Virus record (IMG/VR): IMGVR_UViG_2933953506_000002
Location: 51,775 to 115,774 of that record
Origin: a virus
Lineage: Duplodnaviria > Caudoviricetes
DNA length: 64,000 bases
Direction: 5' to 3' (one strand)
A program made the translations under genes and the position numbers. Positions 20,301 to 25,849 of this stretch are shown here, piece by piece. Numbering within the stretch: the first letter of the stretch is position 1; the number at the start of each line of letters is the position of its first letter. The notes below the pieces were generated by a model. The model made no database searches, was not told the origin of the DNA, and was given only the letters and a program-made list of their open reading frames with translations.

Positions 20301-22445
20301 GACAACCAGGGCAACGGCGTACGCGTCTACCGCGTCCGGGGTGTCGAAGACGGCCCCGGCGGTACGCGCAGCCTCTTCCTGGAAGGCGAGGACGGCCGTA
20401 CACGCCGCCGCGTCGTCCACGGAGCGATGCCGCTGTGGCAGCTCGGTGAGCCCCAGTCGGACGGCGAGAGCGGACCGGACGACACCGCCCTCGTGCCGGG
20501 CGCCCCGGCTGCGCCGACCCCGAGCCTGCCGCCGGCCGGTGCTCCGCGGGACCCCAACCCGTCTCCGCAGTCCGACGCCGACCGCATCGTCGCCGACCAC
20601 CCCCGCGCCGTAGCTGCGCGGATCATCGACGCGGCGATTGCGGGCACCGAACCGCCCGGTGACATCCACGCGCTTCGTGAGCAGATCGCCCAGCGCCTCA
20701 CCGCCGAGGCCCTGCGCGATGCACGTCAGGCCGCTCGCCAGGACGCCGTGGCCGCGTTGGATGCCGCGGGCATCACCGGCCGCGACCGGTCCGCAGCGCT
20801 GCAAGCCCTCAAGAGGGCGCGGCAGAAGGCGCACACCGCGACGGTGCGCGCCGCCCTGCGCACCATCAACGACCTGGAGCCGCTGCCCGACGAGAGCGAC
20901 GAGGACCTCGCCGCGCGAGCCCGCGACCTCCTCAGCCTCATTCCCGACCAGATGGGAGGCACCCCCAACGGGCTCGACGACGACGGCGATGCAGACGTCG
21001 CCCGCACCGTCGCTGGGCACGTCGACGACGCCGTGAACGCGATCATGCAGCAGCTCCAGGCCGCGGGCATGGACCCGGGCGACGCCGACCGCATCGCCCG
21101 CCTCCTCACTCAGCAGATGAACGGCTCCCGACAGGCCACCGCCCGGCAGATCGCCCGTCGAGTTACGGCCGTGTCCCCGCAGGCTGGCCGCCAGCCGGGT
21201 CTGCTCGCCCGGATCGTGGCCGCGCTCGTCCGTCTCGCCAAGCGCTTCGCGGAACTTGTGCGGGCCGGAGCCCGGAAGATCGCAGGGAAGTACCGCAGTG
21301 CCCGCGAGCGGCTGCGTCGTCTGCGCGCCTTCCTCGGCCGCCTCGCCCGTCGCGTGCGGGAGTGGCCGGAGTCCCGGCGCCTGGCTCGCCTGCACCGCGC
21401 CCTCGACCTGCCCGGAGCCGACGGCGAGTCCCTGGCCGCCCGGATCTCCCACTGGGCCGGCCTGATGCCGGAGGCCGGACGCTTCGGTCAGGCTCAGCGC
21501 CGTGTCACGTGGTGGAGGCCCACGACGTGGGCGCAGCTTGCCGCCGGACGACTCCCTGGCCGAAGCGACCGCACCCAGTGGGCCCCGGACCAGGCCGCGG
21601 ACGCTGGCCCCGGCCTGACCGCGCTCCGCCACCTGGCAGCGCTGAGGGCGGCCGGCGGCGACGTCGACCAAGACGTGACCCGCCGTCTGGCCGACACTCT
21701 CGGCGACGACTTCGGCGGCGACCCTCACGGCACGCTGCAGCGCGCGGACGACTACGTGGCGCTCACCGAACGCCGCCTGGTCAACCTCCAGGCCGCGCGG
21801 ACGGGCGGCACCCTGCCGGATGACCCCGACCTCGAGGTCGAGATCACTGCGGCTCGGGCCGAAGCCGCGGCCGCGCGCCGAGAGTGGGCGGACCTGCGGG
21901 CTCAGTACGCCGCGGCGGTCCCGGACGCGGTCGCGGCGACCCTCGCCGAGATCCGCGACATGGGACCTGCGGGGAACGCCGGCATCGTGTTCGGCCCGGA
22001 CTCCACGCCGGACGCCGAGCGGGCCGTACGGGGCGTGCAGCGCATCGTGCCTCAGGCGTGGCTCAACACCCCGGCCACGCGCCGACTGACGGCCGTTGAC
22101 GGCGACGAGGGCCGCTACGAGCCCGACGGACAGCGAATCACCGTCGCCGACCTCGCCGACGACGGGCTGGGCACCGCCGGGCACGCCCTAGCGCAGCACC
22201 TTGCCCAACACCTGGGAGACCTGGACGCCGCCCAGCGCGCGTTCTGGTTCAACCAGACCCACACCGGCCGACCGGGCGCCCGCCGCATGCGGCGCAGCAC
22301 CCTCAGCCGCATCCTGCGTCGCCAGCAGACGCAACCGGACACCGGTGACACCCTCGCCCGGTCCGTTCAGTCGATGTTCAATGGCGACTGGTACCTGGAT
22401 GACGACCTGCGGGCGTTCCTCCTGGGCCTGCTCGCCACCCGATGA
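5397..22445 (+). CDS. Giant DarB-like polyvalent protein (~5,682 aa): N6-adenine methyltransferase + SNF2/SF2 helicase + repeated domains
   Basis: HYTP, LEAGSGAG (motif I) and GNVPF (motif IV) at ~9780-10055; AHEVGLGKT, VDEAH, ATGTP and QRNGRILR at ~11900-13470; located in the head module. Confidence 0.9.
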   Translation: MLNRPTAQAESQDLSRDLEVKVTRRPWNPALHPRDSKGRFIETGGVVRTWGGKLARVIRALPHDRILVQDQTGPDEFRGRRHTTSAKWVSMVARPDGSAPTDDEEKVAEEDERRTQDPRRGNGVARDDDGDPNTPNEPHDQDDKGRPIGADDGDGPDDDDDQDEPEDGAHPVNVDALPNQQHAAGARYADTAAVRRHFMQVAAQPGTSTDMATFLRSVAHDDDLRTTPSGRLLILLDDRPEHAGRWNLTATGSGQRVDAAGTFATAEDAARFAEHLDKTAVNGQLTKFQQPFDFSDPQLDRAAHDWRSTKGENIQGAIQRARTEFDGTPAPAAAPKATTDSPTDGNGQRFSTLQAVRAHWQQRLDQINELGPDSLREQRAARHLEGLIGNDRIKLVGRGQFVVGQDQNGEWYLVATGNGLPLRRRWTSQQEAQAFAQSFTENAPMGDDGKPLDLSDPNVRIATWRSDDNRSISEVIDAAAERFQRDDAAEGGPEATPAPAAAPETPAAPQAPETPEEPQTPALPGNAEPVEGVEGYHYVNDGGSITLYGPDGQVAATSERGYPPKAKIDGVTVPVPQYPKQGAAVMARLHRAAQNPDQRDRITAAWVMKPGKEGKPAKRVMVFRGTIKGDERDYSAVGSTRAIKWAPSLRGYSTQSNMTEATRDERITEVLSKLARQGRNIHVTDETAAGTPNAPANAVDETEALREAIANADDPRLSQMKHERWGMLNSTRSEAKRKRLNSEIEMINEELKRRRQERDEAAARDATSLSDDDIANRIRESQEERGTYGSRRGQEANDVERAIYSERRRRSQALVDDDTDLTTAAEDDLVKARETIAERVRMHQAAGDDPEAERIMRQALQARHDAVVGEQQRRHAQQIADRPPVVDLTDEELSQEYNDLLRRDFRKAPPEAQQVLEGRMEDVKRERRDREKRAITDRDAPENLSDEDLKAEYTELRRTRSSYTGTDDVKAARKERMAVLEAEQNRRSTTPEVEQLVARVDNPDDNGMISIGGGSDYGYVDYRDQTHGHTTREIGWTWGKHSWGHADTAYPSRAAALAAMVQAYDNDPDTRGERTWGRKRPVFVPKMFVELYQNERLRDRLADASEERKYLYSLFRDRYGWDDGVNPLVPSNKKGHHIKGRKLWVPEGLLAELNRVTEELSREMSVRATDRDADSSDRQKAKTRLASINVALHGIEALRESVRKNGGDDDRKVISREEIEAQQAALRAALGGDDDEHVQSDGPGSLADVPAQGVGGDDRSGGVRGDEGQGDRDSDSEGRGGAGADGSGADGVRGAGRPAQADQGGRNGDGPGGSSAGAGARGGDGAGADADGAAPAGDQGPDVRRVARFRPDPADAPKGARARATANVEAIRVLKKVEAENRPATDEERRILARWSGWGSVPILFANEPNEKEPRYQQGGTRYGKFAKDHERWSEYSDIRSELQRVLTPVEFRQASRGVLSMHYTPQPIAEAMWEGLRAFGFERGDVLEAGSGAGTFFGVAPDGARLTGVELDPTTARIAQAIYPHANVLNESFAETDARPGTFDAAIGNVPFARVPFDDKRYPAESLHNGFVTKEIALVRPGGITAVITSRQTLDSKGDKARRQMAKYGDLVGAVRLPSGVFTDAGTGVTTDVLVFRRREDGTEPADTSWLDAPERDINGTAHHINAYFDEHPEHILGTLTTQSGPYGPEVTVKGDPAKAAEQLRAALDDIATKAKADGRGYEPHPDGDNRPPVQLQAAREKHANDWTGRLYEGDDGQLYQHVNGAEPVLLEPADGNTAQLRALMQLRDVAAELRELDRKNDEEERAEALRAQLRDLHAAYVAEYGPLSKPGQHRTKGGRPTAWGYFRADPDAAAVLALERWDANKGEPVLSRVFTERAAARRQPLSSTNDPKAALAAVVAAKGEVDLGEIARLLDVTPQEAVKRLGNEVFTDPETGRLELASAYLSGAVRDKLDAARKAAERDPAYAVNVAALEAVQPPDRTIGQFTPEMGAHWTPPELLQGFLREYLGDRTLRVAHDDRYGWILNTGRVPEANNVMYGVPAVEPDPEKGIKGNKGKNAVEIARAILGFGSLTVYEDDKRKEVDEATSRLIRQKADQMRAEFAKYATANAERLSVLTDSYNRIMNGHIVRSYEGMSPTLEGFTPDRNPHAWQRSGAARMQFERGVILAHEVGLGKTSTLVMGTQALKASGQIEKPMAVVPNHLARQWYNEARFLYPNADIHLITSADLAGDRRGSTLEWLRANRPDLVIFTEEAFGSIKMSPEAQDEYEFRELEALREQLDRQYEDADNPNHPFIVAKIEQRIATVSKNINKNAAPMRRPGETYWDDLGFDYFVVDEAHRYKGVGFRSKEGGGDPASIRGVDLHQKTSDLHRRRQGRATITLATGTPLSNSISEQFTMLMFAAPWVLDAYKAGAPDLWANTFGRKTLRIENAPDGSGLRVVERFSEFHNKRAMKTMWGLVADTKRGDDVGIPRPKLKGGKPNLIMVDATPDQKKRLKGLVARGRAIHNGEVDRHQDNMLAVSNEGTSVALDPRLIDAKAPAGNKLKAVADRHIERYHQNKDRLYPVALDSLVNHPVPGALQMIFLNEGVPGGKNKGNFDAYAELKRLMVAGGIPADKIAFVQDAKKSGKPEDMTELFRKAREGEIAVLIGSSAVAGTGMNAQDRMISLSHVDLDWGAAQMEQRNGRILRYGNLNPEVEIDIYATKGSMDGWKAGFVAAKAEGLVDIQRPEPEDGDSSDVVQEIDGAEFDYETMEAEIGGNPYMSQLMKAKRRLKDLEIDQHNEAAERIRRAEALDALRQEAQATRDGIQRREQALPSIQEADDRFRMTIDGSPYGERSDAGKALHRQITSRLLEHNREGLSDWHILGQFRGLDFGVRTEKTADGKLVAHVGFPDLRHSDFERTVEDLQKKGAGSGMITRLGNALDKAPALQESDRAKVPELDEQIALLQSAHAAADLTPQIDHARKRSNLLEEIVARVTNLDAKPEIDPDELDKERYKNKDDREKIAKGRREEREPLQAAVDEAVANLHRWDEENPAPEQDDTVRLSEDEVREALARLRPEPSTTPQPDAPETSDRSSADADTDVDEPNTDETATPDTTGAGSSDEPLTDTPAAGDTGAQNNGQDQDDVVRLSEDEVNNTLASIQPDADTTATDEPDEPLRYAWDKPEDFVTLTMPAALVNFLNVDETAAMEDPDTRKALKEAKPGRRGTLQVTGPIDVHRALLQWAWTLEGGEGLESDPSDVRAYKAYAKRIEEADADLQRRRAERETAAAADSDENDDAPETDGTNDGGSDEPPADAPSTAEPGDENDDQDQRTAEDSDTVTLTPDEVSDQLDSVRPEGSKAPSSMDDGEIRDEIVDLMGREMADELSGADRTRLQVLEAEEARRAGRAPKQEPKPKRTTEEPGGLFDVDQPTTQQPSSAADVDNPEDQPDDLFGTPDMIADAEGRSTEGLRPARMRNAADLTQGDRYTDADGRTHTVSEPPVKTPRGRTRLVTDDGEERFYNADAQVRLRYPDEEIPDNETDERSADDDADNAPAVDEPETSEPDVDEPAADEPETTADSDRSSTKDRVDRMSGLIDQATDGAGGDELPEVSEIRDALGRAEDSADPDAELRSAADRLDDLAEMYELGGPDGEHAADLFRQAARIARGEDDDDRRGDDNDRSEDDNDAPAATNQDSEEDQDDDAGRLQRDGDGNAADPNGTPDGGGAGAPDAPADDEGDSDSPDDAPDNADDEQNEPDAEDEDEQDDDQERRRRRRRRRNGGGGNGGPGGPGGPGLPRLNLPDLKTPNASGDGGEGDSEDGAAARGRRPAARHRDVASLRRAWKNGDGLTAAEDTPERRAALAQAADRDGLTLSPGSGLVTWPEPQEDGTTLWHFAQARNGNNLPGLSLATDNPEEARALAGRFEQITGSDGQPFDWHRPWGPSTVTQWRDGEGRNLQRALHAVRDDFEQQRAASAQPEPTTEPERRALPDDLTGLDDDELVDAWSNDLSDEDQQRLMAEMDRRDGYTDQRVRDVLPDTPPADAEEAERRAKAVDEALGFGGVDVPRVRRTREDIIRAEFADFDEARYQAAIDATNGYFYARKYKYGSGINERELFSGGELAKFGRWEEYASEELKDWYKANGGRITYNQFRQTYRDNDRRDRQQFEEEQRRQAEVGQTEEPTTPETEPYDPATPRFADEAALRDHIRSGQLDEVPEDQRGDIPSAEERAEIADAESTQLSDGGRLLIYGNEAGRAGSRRGQRFDVALPGSMQPLFRNGFHSAEEARKYASVLDGIKDTDGNAFPWDAPNVAERARAFRTADGNRLFDEITERLYGFNELYEQWNSDRGQALHHRTWSQQEADWNTREEEAGYSIPVDLTDIRPGDEISFPLATSRGQNTRPQDEYVGTVHATVTGEGEPFQYRSQFSAFGNQQLYRFPAEGSWTNQYGEHSEIDEAFPNLGVVRRRPRPDEVSSTGDGRDDRSSRADTPQAETPGTATPPSRRQPAPDRAPAEPEPAVPSAPADEPQGEPEPVGGQPAHWARVRDLVPGDMVRMEGRTRNGRAITRSGYVFTGPVDVEVTRNGRTERMLRTYVTENPDGTGKSGNVFTPLNATAARAEAPDDVVPGSPASGAQSTVQAGSLPDVVPTDRNGRGLFPGSTVTGVDGLRTREGTVTGATNTTVSVRWDNDDTADGLSPNTLTVTGGDRPDGWTSSGQRVTPRHIVTDTEGALLGPVDEVNGDRVTITTAEGTITRSAGDLRVAGEVRDDAPGTDPVTGIDDPAAADLKEDDVVVLDLDGTPTTVAVTGINREGDRVTIDFADTTTGEIGQIDVDASQVIPRAQGADGTPPDLGPDDAPDTPDDLTVHEPPHRVEPVTGPTVDPDLTTGDRDVIGDLADGPDDDPDAQQAAVRITADLPVTPEQAAALAAQLRDSADPSTPEGRAALRAANHLDRAIGRTPPPELNRPRPSNAAQVAEDDTIAIPDNQGNGVRVYRVRGVEDGPGGTRSLFLEGEDGRTRRRVVHGAMPLWQLGEPQSDGESGPDDTALVPGAPAAPTPSLPPAGAPRDPNPSPQSDADRIVADHPRAVAARIIDAAIAGTEPPGDIHALREQIAQRLTAEALRDARQAARQDAVAALDAAGITGRDRSAALQALKRARQKAHTATVRAALRTINDLEPLPDESDEDLAARARDLLSLIPDQMGGTPNGLDDDGDADVARTVAGHVDDAVNAIMQQLQAAGMDPGDADRIARLLTQQMNGSRQATARQIARRVTAVSPQAGRQPGLLARIVAALVRLAKRFAELVRAGARKIAGKYRSARERLRRLRAFLGRLARRVREWPESRRLARLHRALDLPGADGESLAARISHWAGLMPEAGRFGQAQRRVTWWRPTTWAQLAAGRLPGRSDRTQWAPDQAADAGPGLTALRHLAALRAAGGDVDQDVTRRLADTLGDDFGGDPHGTLQRADDYVALTERRLVNLQAARTGGTLPDDPDLEVEITAARAEAAAARREWADLRAQYAAAVPDAVAATLAEIRDMGPAGNAGIVFGPDSTPDAERAVRGVQRIVPQAWLNTPATRRLTAVDGDEGRYEPDGQRITVADLADDGLGTAGHALAQHLAQHLGDLDAAQRAFWFNQTHTGRPGARRMRRSTLSRILRRQQTQPDTGDTLARSVQSMFNGDWYLDDDLRAFLLGLLATR
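9097..9435 (+). CDS. TnpV-like protein (112 aa) nested in the +1 frame of the giant gene
   Basis: GGGAGG RBS at 9086-9091; protein-like sequence MTNMFSPMVRDHWRTYRPKEW...; the giant-gene frame here is G/D/A/R low-complexity. Confidence 0.8.
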   Translation: MTNMFSPMVRDHWRTYRPKEWAAMTDPEAFVETKAREIETQILKAEEALEQTVPEPTEYEEQVGRHKQIRADATAMVLADLLPEPEPGAETAPEQTPMEQHLQEIRDLMYDA

Positions 22446-22455
22446 GGAGGTAGCC

Positions 22456-22725
22456 GTGCCGTTCACTGTCACCGGCGCGTTCGACGACGGGGCGACCTAC
22501 AGCGTGCAGGTCACCGGGCGGGCCGACCGCCCGGTGATCGGGTCGTACCGGGCCAGCGCCCTGGTGGAGCTCCACCAGGGGAGCCCGATCTCCCTGTCCC
22601 CGACCGGCCCCGTCCGTACGGTGGCCGGGGACGATGAAGCGACCGTGCTCGCAGTGCTTCGGGAGTACACCAGGGTCGTCGAGGAGGGGCCTGGCGCTCC
22701 CCGGCAGGCCAGTGTTCCCGGGTGA
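22456..22725 (+). CDS. Small hypothetical protein coupled to the giant gene
   Basis: GAGGAGG RBS overlapping the giant-gene stop; GTG at 22456. Confidence 0.75.
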   Translation: MPFTVTGAFDDGATYSVQVTGRADRPVIGSYRASALVELHQGSPISLSPTGPVRTVAGDDEATVLAVLREYTRVVEEGPGAPRQASVPG

Positions 22726-22732
22726 TTCAGGC

Positions 22733-22763
22733 GCTTGTGTAATTGCGCAAGAACGATCTTGGG
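22733..22763 (+). repeat. 31-bp operator-like repeat, copy 2
   Basis: GCTTGTGTAATTGCGCAAGAACGATCTTGGG, 4 mismatches to copy 1. Confidence 0.85.
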
Positions 22764-22784
22764 CCGGGGTGGGGCAGTTGTGGC

Positions 22785-22814
22785 CGGGACACAAGCGGCC
22801 CCGCCCGTCATCCT
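22785..22814 (+). promoter_or_regulatory. Variant late-promoter-like motif CGGGAC-N18-CATCCT
   Basis: In-frame GTG at 22821 lies 6 nt downstream. Confidence 0.55.
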
Positions 22815-22820
22815 CCGCCC

Positions 22821-23426
22821 GTGACCAGATACGGATTCGCCATCAAGGCTCTCCCCAAGGGCGGTAAGCCGTTCGGGGACGAAGAAGACGACGAGCAGCC
22901 CGAGGGCACAGAGGAGGAGACGCTCGAAGGTGACGACCCCTCAGCGGCCTTCGAAGACCCTTCCGCCGACATGGGCCAGGACCCCCTGGCGCCGCCCGAG
23001 GACCCGGCCGCGCCGCCAGAGGAACCAGCCGCCGAACCACCCGCAGAGAGAGCCGAGCCCCCGGCCGAGGGCGAGGAGCCGGTCGACGCACCGGAGCCGC
23101 CAGCCGACGACGCCCGGCCGTGGGCCGGCGACATGTACGACGAGGGAGACGAGACCGACCCGGCCGACTCCTTTTCCGCGTACACCGGCAGCAACGGTGA
23201 ACAGGCTTGGTTGGACCGGGCCCCAGACGGCACACTGACCGGGTGGGTCAGGGACGGTACGGGCCAGGTGTGGCGCTACACCGATCCGGACGCGTGGGCG
23301 ATCGACGTGGACGGCGCGCACATGACCCGCACGCACAGCCAGGCCGACGACCCCTCCGCCCCGCCCGCGGACGCCCCACCCGGCAACCGCGGCGTACAGG
23401 ACTCGATGTTCCAGCAAGGGAGCTGA
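22821..23426 (+). CDS. Acidic Pro-rich hypothetical head-module protein
   Basis: ORF with a D/E/P-rich N-half and a Trp-rich C-terminal domain; start inferred from the promoter motif. Confidence 0.75.
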   Translation: MTRYGFAIKALPKGGKPFGDEEDDEQPEGTEEETLEGDDPSAAFEDPSADMGQDPLAPPEDPAAPPEEPAAEPPAERAEPPAEGEEPVDAPEPPADDARPWAGDMYDEGDETDPADSFSAYTGSNGEQAWLDRAPDGTLTGWVRDGTGQVWRYTDPDAWAIDVDGAHMTRTHSQADDPSAPPADAPPGNRGVQDSMFQQGS

Positions 23427-23427
23427 C

Positions 23428-23637
23428 GTGCAGTTGAACCGCAGCACCGCCCTCGCGCTCCAGCAGGAGGGCAAGGCCGCCTTCGAGGCGGGCGACCCCG
23501 CTGACTCCAGCCCGTACAACAGGTTCGGCAACGCGGAGCAGCAGTTCGGCTATCAGTTCTGGACCCGCGGCTACATCACGGCGCGTTCGACGGCCGAGGG
23601 CGCCCAGGAACCTGCAGGAGCCAGCGCAGGACGTTAG
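23428..23637 (+). CDS. Small hypothetical protein
   Basis: AAGGGAG RBS; 69 aa with SPY...W..GY pattern. Confidence 0.7.
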   Translation: MQLNRSTALALQQEGKAAFEAGDPADSSPYNRFGNAEQQFGYQFWTRGYITARSTAEGAQEPAGASAGR

Positions 23638-23696
23638 CCAGACGCGAACGACACGGTGCCCGGCGGCCCACTGTCCACCGCCGGAGGTTCCCCGCC

Positions 23697-25625
23697 GTGC
23701 CGAGCGCTCCACCCACCAGATCGTCACACCCGAACACCCTGCGAGGCACCAGCCGGGCAATCTACGCCGTCACTGGCGTGGTCGACGAGGTCAACGACCT
23801 CATCGTCCCCGGCGCCTTCGCCCACACCCTGGCCACCCGTCGCGTCAAGGCTGTATGGCACCACGAATGGAAGGACGCCGTCGGCGTCGTCCTGCACGTG
23901 GAGGAGTGGCTACCCGGCGACCCCAGGTTCGCCGACGTCCCCGACTGGCCCGCCGAGGCCGGCGCGCTGGTCGCAACCGTCGAGTACAACCGGCGCACCA
24001 GCAAGGGCCGCGACACCTACGAGCAGGTCAAGCAGTGGTACGAGCACGGCGAGGCCGCGTTCTCCATCGGCTACCGCGTGCCCGCAGACGGAGCCACCCG
24101 CCGCGGTGACGGCGTCCGCGTCATCCACCGCCTCGACCTGTTCGAAGTGAGCCCCGTCCTGCACGGCGCGCACCCGATGACCCGGGCGCTCGAGGTCAAG
24201 GCCGCGGCCAACCCCGGCATGGAGTACAAGGCGACGCCAAACGTCGTCGAACTCGACACAGGGAAAGACGAGGACCGCATCAAGGTCGCCGGACTCGTCC
24301 TCAAGGCCGAGGACACCGGCCGCGTCCTGCTCATCCAGCGCGCACTCGACGACGAGGACCCGGCCGCTGGAACCTGGGAGTTCCCCGGCGGCCACCTGGA
24401 GAAGGACGAGGACGCGCTCGCCGCGGCGCTGCGCGAGTGGCAGGAAGAGACCGGCGCCGAACTCCCCGGATCGGCAAGCGTAGTCGGCTCCTGGACCGCC
24501 CCGAACGGCATCTATCGCGGGTTCGTAGCCATAGTCCCCGGCGAGTCCCACGTACCCCTGAACCAGCCCCCCAGCGAACGACGGGTGACCAACCCTGACG
24601 ACCCCCAGGGCGAAACGCCAGAGGTCACCGCCTGGTGGCCGATCACCGCCCTCCCCGACATGTCCCTGCTCCGCCCCGCCTGCCGTGAGACCCCCTGGTC
24701 CCTCCTGGCAGGCGCCACCCTGCCGCAGGGCCCGGCGGCCAAGAAGCCCAGCGCCGAGGCCGAGCAGTTCGCCGCCGGCGTCATGAACACCTACGCCGCT
24801 CTCGGCACCACGGAAGCGAAGTCCGCGCACGTCGCAGTAGCCGCCGCCCGCTCCGTCCAGCCGCGCATCGAGCACAAGTCCGCCCGCTCCACGGTCGCCG
24901 AGGCCAAGAGCCATCCCACGCCCCTCTCGGAGGCTTCTGTGATGTCCCGCACCCCCCTGCCCGAGTCCCAAGAGCAGTTCCGTGCCCGCCTCTCCGACAG
25001 CGTCCGCGAACTCCTCGACCAGGACGGCCAGACCTGGACGTGCGTCGAAGGCACCTACCCGGACCGCGTCATCGTGTCCGTACACAGCGAGGACGAGCGG
25101 CGCAGCAGTTACTACGCCATCCCTTACACGGCCGCCACGAATGGCGAGATCAGCCTCGGCACCCCTCAGCCCGTCGAACTCGCCACGGTCGTACTCCCGG
25201 AGGGCGCCAGCGCACAACGCACGGCCACCGACGCGGAAGACGTCGACGCCCGCGTCGTGCAGCCCACAGTGGAAGCCCTCGCCGACGCCACCGCCCGCAT
25301 CAACACCACCGAGGCTGACCCGGACCAACTCACGGGCGTACGGGACAAGGTGCGCACGCTGATCGCCGCCCTGTCCGCGAAGGGCCTCGACGTCGCCGGC
25401 GACGCCAGCGAGCCGACGTCCGCCCCCGCCCGGGACCGCCTGGCCGGCCCCACCGGCATGGACCTGTGGGACGACTACACGTTCGCCGACGACGAGAACG
25501 ACGAGGTACCCACGGAGGCGGCTCCGCCGCCCGCCGAGGAGGACGTCGACGCGGAGGACGACCCGGACACGGTCCGGCTGGACGAGGACGAAGTGAAGTC
25601 CGTGCTCGCCATGATGCGGAGCTGA
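23697..25625 (+). CDS. HK97-type prohead protease fused to a NUDIX hydrolase and a scaffold-like C-terminus
   Basis: DLIVPGAF, WHHEW, FSIGY and LFEVSPV protease motifs; Nudix box GGHLEKDEDALAAALREWQEETG. Confidence 0.88.
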   Translation: MPSAPPTRSSHPNTLRGTSRAIYAVTGVVDEVNDLIVPGAFAHTLATRRVKAVWHHEWKDAVGVVLHVEEWLPGDPRFADVPDWPAEAGALVATVEYNRRTSKGRDTYEQVKQWYEHGEAAFSIGYRVPADGATRRGDGVRVIHRLDLFEVSPVLHGAHPMTRALEVKAAANPGMEYKATPNVVELDTGKDEDRIKVAGLVLKAEDTGRVLLIQRALDDEDPAAGTWEFPGGHLEKDEDALAAALREWQEETGAELPGSASVVGSWTAPNGIYRGFVAIVPGESHVPLNQPPSERRVTNPDDPQGETPEVTAWWPITALPDMSLLRPACRETPWSLLAGATLPQGPAAKKPSAEAEQFAAGVMNTYAALGTTEAKSAHVAVAAARSVQPRIEHKSARSTVAEAKSHPTPLSEASVMSRTPLPESQEQFRARLSDSVRELLDQDGQTWTCVEGTYPDRVIVSVHSEDERRSSYYAIPYTAATNGEISLGTPQPVELATVVLPEGASAQRTATDAEDVDARVVQPTVEALADATARINTTEADPDQLTGVRDKVRTLIAALSAKGLDVAGDASEPTSAPARDRLAGPTGMDLWDDYTFADDENDEVPTEAAPPPAEEDVDAEDDPDTVRLDEDEVKSVLAMMRS

Positions 25626-25698
25626 GTCGCGCGACCCAGCTTCCCCCGCTCTCGGTGCCTTTCCAACGGCATGACGAAAAACCGCAGGTCAAACCTAT

Positions 25699-25734
25699 GC
25701 GCTGCCCGCTCTTGACTCCCTGAGCGGGCAGCGC
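25699..25734. terminator. 13-bp stem-loop between the protease and capsid genes
   Basis: GCGCTGCCCGCTC-10 nt loop-GAGCGGGCAGCGC. Confidence 0.55.
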
Positions 25735-25766
25735 GCGACGTTAACCCCTCTCTCCCTCTTCACTCC
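25734..25766 (+). promoter_or_regulatory. Late-promoter-like motif (CGCGACGTTAAC) upstream of the capsid gene; -10 element atypical
   Basis: Exact match to the upstream 12-mer of the 57552 copy. Confidence 0.6.
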
Positions 25767-25849
25767 CGCCTCGCGTTGAGGCTGTCCCGGTGCTGGCCGG
25801 GCGGAGCGACGCACGTCAACCGCACCCCAGCACCAGGGAGAGAGCAGCA

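Noticed and set aside
5306-22763. 31-bp direct repeats as prophage attL/attR
   Set aside because: They lie inside the head module far from the integrase, and a third inverted copy exists.
23643-23674. CGCGAA-N20-CACTGT before the protease as a full late-promoter copy
   Set aside because: Both hexamer and spacing deviate; plausible but not listed as a feature.
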